Of a stretch of DNA of 64,000 nucleotides, positions 61,084 through 64,000 are shown piece after piece (position 1 is the stretch's first letter; every line of letters starts with the position of its first letter). Under the pieces are notes generated by a model that saw only the letters and a list, made by a program, of their open reading frames with translations, ran no database searches and had not been told where the DNA came from. The DNA comes from Lysobacterales bacterium (GTDB taxonomy: Bacteria > Pseudomonadota > Gammaproteobacteria > Xanthomonadales > SZUA-36): contig OY760942.1 of NCBI GenBank assembly GCA_963664065.1, forward strand, positions 2,545,689 to 2,609,688. Direction: 5' to 3'. Position numbers and translations under genes: made by a program.

Positions 61084-62350
61084 TCTCAGTTGCAACATCG
61101 CCGGTGTCACCTCACCCAACCCTTTCTGGCTGGCTTCCGCACCGCCCACGGATAAACAATTCAACGTGGAACGGGCCTTCGAAGCCGGCTGGGGCGGCGT
61201 GGTCTGGAAGACACTGGGCGAGGAAGGCCCGCCTGTCGTCAACGTCTGTTCGCGCTACGGGGCGCTGGACTACAACGGCCAACGCATGATCGGGCTGAAC
61301 AATATCGAATTGATCACTGACCGGCCACTGGACATTAATTTGCGCGAAATCAAGGCGGTCAAAAAAGCCTGGCCGGATCGCGCCATGGTGGTATCGCTGA
61401 TGGTGCCCTGCACCGAGGAAGCCTGGAAAAAAATTCTGCACCAGGTGGAAGATACCGGTTGTGATGGCGTTGAACTCAACTTCGGCTGCCCTCACGGTAT
61501 GAGCGAGCGCGGTATGGGCGCAGCAGTCGGCCAGGTACCGGAATATATCCAGGAAGTCACTGAGTGGTGTAAGAAACACTCTGATTTGCCGGTATTCGTC
61601 AAGCTGACGCCAAACATATCCAACATCCTTTACCCGGCACGTGCTGCCAAGAATGGTGGAGCGGATGCGGTATCCCTGATTAACACCATCAATTCCATCG
61701 TTTCAATTGACCTGGACGACATGGCACCCACCCCGATTGTTGGTGGTAAAGGTGTGCACGGGGGCTACTGCGGCCCCGCCGTGCGGCCAATTGCATTGAG
61801 CATGGTTTCCGAGATTGCACGAGATGAGGAAATTCAGGGTTTGCCCATATCCGGTATCGGCGGCATCGGTACCTGGCGCGATGCGGCCGAATTCATTGCC
61901 CTGGGCTGCGGCAGCGTCCAGGTTTGTACCGCCGCTATGCGCTTCGGTTTCAAGATCATCGACGACATGGTCGACGGCCTGGGAAACTGGATGGATGACA
62001 AGGCTTACTCGACTATCGAGGATTTCCGCGGTAAAGCGGTACCCAATGTGACCGACTGGCAATACCTGGATCTCAATTACAAGACCATCGCCTCGATTGA
62101 CCAGGATGCTTGCATTGAATGCGGCCTGTGCCATATTACCTGCGAGGATGCTTCCCACCAGGCCGTCTCGCGCACCAAGGATGAGAACGGCAAGCGCACC
62201 TACACCGTGATTGATGACGAATGCGTAGGCTGTAACCTCTGCTACCTGGTCTGTCCGGTTCCGGACTGCATCACCATGGTCGAGGTCGATACCGGTAAGC
62301 CTTACATGAACTGGGGTGACCATCCGAATAACCCCATGCGGAGCGGCTGA
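61076..62350 (+). CDS. preA: NAD-dependent dihydropyrimidine dehydrogenase subunit PreA
   Basis: 424 aa with a DHODH-like TIM barrel (VELNFGCPHGM) and a C-terminal 2x[4Fe-4S] region (CIECGLCHITC, CVGCNLCYLVCP). Confidence 0.88.
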   Translation: MADLSCNIAGVTSPNPFWLASAPPTDKQFNVERAFEAGWGGVVWKTLGEEGPPVVNVCSRYGALDYNGQRMIGLNNIELITDRPLDINLREIKAVKKAWPDRAMVVSLMVPCTEEAWKKILHQVEDTGCDGVELNFGCPHGMSERGMGAAVGQVPEYIQEVTEWCKKHSDLPVFVKLTPNISNILYPARAAKNGGADAVSLINTINSIVSIDLDDMAPTPIVGGKGVHGGYCGPAVRPIALSMVSEIARDEEIQGLPISGIGGIGTWRDAAEFIALGCGSVQVCTAAMRFGFKIIDDMVDGLGNWMDDKAYSTIEDFRGKAVPNVTDWQYLDLNYKTIASIDQDACIECGLCHITCEDASHQAVSRTKDENGKRTYTVIDDECVGCNLCYLVCPVPDCITMVEVDTGKPYMNWGDHPNNPMRSG

Positions 62351-62733
62351 TGGCTCACAAAAGCCAGCTCGCGGGTTTCATAATTGACTGTCTGACAGAC
62401 GATCTTGATTCTGCCGCACAGTTCTGGTCAAAAGCGCTTGGAATGCCTGCAGAGATTGACCCGGACCCGGAGGAATCTGCCTATCGCTGGCTGGAAAACC
62501 GGCCGGAGGATGTGCATATCGAGGTCCAGAAGGTAGATCACCCGTCACGCTTGCACCTCGACATTGAAACAGATGATATTGAAGCCGAAGTGGCGCGCCT
62601 CGAAAAACTCGGTGCAAAACGCATCGGCGATATCCGCCGCTGGGTCGTAATGGAAGCGCCAACCGGTCAGCGCTTTTGCGTGGTCAGCCCACAACGGGCA
62701 AATTTCGAGGCAACCGCCAATCGCTGGGTCTGA
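62350..62733 (+). CDS. VOC/glyoxalase-family protein
   Basis: 127 aa. Its start overlaps the preA stop (TGATG). It has a HLDIETDDIEAEVARLEKLGA-type VOC module. Confidence 0.7.
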   Translation: MAHKSQLAGFIIDCLTDDLDSAAQFWSKALGMPAEIDPDPEESAYRWLENRPEDVHIEVQKVDHPSRLHLDIETDDIEAEVARLEKLGAKRIGDIRRWVVMEAPTGQRFCVVSPQRANFEATANRWV

Positions 62734-62813
62734 CCGGCGTAACGGGTTTATCACTTTTGTAAACCAGGATAAGCCGGTTGTAGTCACGAAGTAGTTTGAG
62801 TCATAAAATCGCC

Positions 62814-62855
62814 TAAAAAATCCGCTGCCCCAGGTCAGTGGATGGGCAGCGGATT
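62814..62855 (-). terminator. Rho-independent terminator downstream of the DMT transporter gene
   Basis: AATCCGCTGCCC-13 nt-GGGCAGCGGATT is preceded on the plus strand by an A-run, which is a U-tract on the minus strand. Confidence 0.65.
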
Positions 62856-62898
62856 AAACGACCGCTCAGAGGGTTGAACGGAGGAGGGTTTAAGTGGC

Positions 62899-63891
62899 CT
62901 AGTCTGGTATCCAGGTCGAGGAACCTTTGCTTGCATGCTCATGGCAGGGTTTGGCAAGTACCTTGCGATCAAACCAGTAGTGTTTCGTTTCCGCCAGCCA
63001 TTGTTGCAACTCGGAGCCCTGCTTCCAAAAGCCGAGGATGATAACGTTGCCGGACAGAACCAACAGGATGCCAATGACGATGTTGGTATTGAGTTGCAGA
63101 CCTTCAAAAAGGACACTCATCAGTACCGCAACCACCGGGAACATGACCACTGCGTAGCCCGCTTTGTGCGGTCCGATCCGCCCTACCAGTTTCAGGTAGG
63201 CACCGAAAGCAACAATGGATCCAAACACTGCGAGGTAAAGCAGCGAACTGATATAAGTGGTAGTGAATTCAAAGTTAAAGGGAATATCACTACGCCACGC
63301 GACCGCTGCCGTAATCAGAGTACCGTAGAACATACCCCAGGCGTTGGATTGCAAAATCGGCAGGCCTTCCGTTTGCGAACTTTTTGATGCGATATTACCC
63401 AGCGAGGCCAGGAATGCGCCCGTCAGGCTGAGGCTGGCGCCCAGGAACACTCGGTCACTCAGGCTAATGTCTGAAATTTCCGGCCAAAAGAGCGTCACGA
63501 TGCCAACCAGGCCAAACGCCGCGCCCAGCCAAAGCTTGGGTTCGATACGTGTACCCAGGAATATGCGGGAATTCACTACGTTCATCCACATCATGGTGGA
63601 GAACGCTACCGCGTTCAATGCGGAACTGATGTACTGCTGCGCGGAGTAGGTGGCTATGTAATTAAAGCTGAACAGCAATAATCCGAGTGAAAAGAACCGC
63701 AGGTGCGCATGCAGGTTATATTTCAGCCGTAGACCCCGAAACACGCTCCAGCCGAACAATAATCCGGCAGCGATTGCGTAGCGGTATACAACGGATACCT
63801 CGGGGGCTACCTCGCCCAGCTGGTAATTGATCAACAGCCAGGTTGAGCCCCAAACGATCACCGCTGTGGAATAAAGTGCCAGGTTGCTCAT
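62899..63891 (-). CDS. DMT-superfamily (EamA-like) transporter
   Basis: 330 aa with about 10 TM segments and a duplicated EamA-like organisation. Confidence 0.8.
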   Translation of the reverse strand: MSNLALYSTAVIVWGSTWLLINYQLGEVAPEVSVVYRYAIAAGLLFGWSVFRGLRLKYNLHAHLRFFSLGLLLFSFNYIATYSAQQYISSALNAVAFSTMMWMNVVNSRIFLGTRIEPKLWLGAAFGLVGIVTLFWPEISDISLSDRVFLGASLSLTGAFLASLGNIASKSSQTEGLPILQSNAWGMFYGTLITAAVAWRSDIPFNFEFTTTYISSLLYLAVFGSIVAFGAYLKLVGRIGPHKAGYAVVMFPVVAVLMSVLFEGLQLNTNIVIGILLVLSGNVIILGFWKQGSELQQWLAETKHYWFDRKVLAKPCHEHASKGSSTWIPD

Positions 63892-64000
63892 TCATGCCTC
63901 CCGGACCGGCAGTAATCAATTCCCGCTGCCTTGTCCTGTCAAATTTGCCAATATCTGCAAACTAATATATGATTCTTTTTGACTACTTAACAGATATACA

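Overview
This is a 64 kb chromosomal segment that looks gammaproteobacterial, judging by gene content, operon order and REP-type repeats. I cannot name the organism. All product calls come from recognising conserved motifs by eye, because no searches could be run.

Core genes:
- htpG and the rpsP-rimM-trmD-rplS operon
- a ugd-uxs-galE sugar-nucleotide operon
- fumC, purB, sucA-sucB-lpd, gyrA, ppiA, lpxH, icd and ung
- a complete reductive pyrimidine-catabolism cluster at 53.2-62.7 kb

A decaying accessory islet lies at about 6.0-13.2 kb. It holds:
- a 3' remnant of the essential gene ffh abutting an IS3-family element
- toxin-antitoxin debris (hicA remnant, brnA-like pseudogene, orphan hicB, orphan dinJ) and one intact TacA/TacT-like pair
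- an RfaH paralog with an in-frame TGA, followed by an exact ops/JUMPStart core and a MarR-type EPS regulator, with no polysaccharide genes after them
- a frameshifted gene of about 470 codons with unknown function

A second IS3-family element (26.56-28.07 kb) sits beside a TetR gene and is flanked by perfect 38-bp direct repeats.

Two dispersed palindromic repeat families fill many intergenic spaces:
- a GATC-containing REP (TGTGGGAGCGATC..GATCGCGAAT), with at least 25 full or half copies, all in the first 37 kb
- a GGGGTCAGAG(A/T)AC hairpin family whose arms overlap stop and start codons

Several conserved genes, including lpd, carry single-base indels, three of them at homopolymers. Pseudogene calls therefore need read-level checking.

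Candidates most worth follow-up:
- the RfaH/ops/MarR cassette together with three TGTTCA-N5-TGAACA palindromes
- the GGGGTCAGAG hairpin family
- the Fcy1-type deaminase coupled to a CmoA-like gene
- a divergent pair encoding a secreted protein and an HTH-TM-TPR regulator
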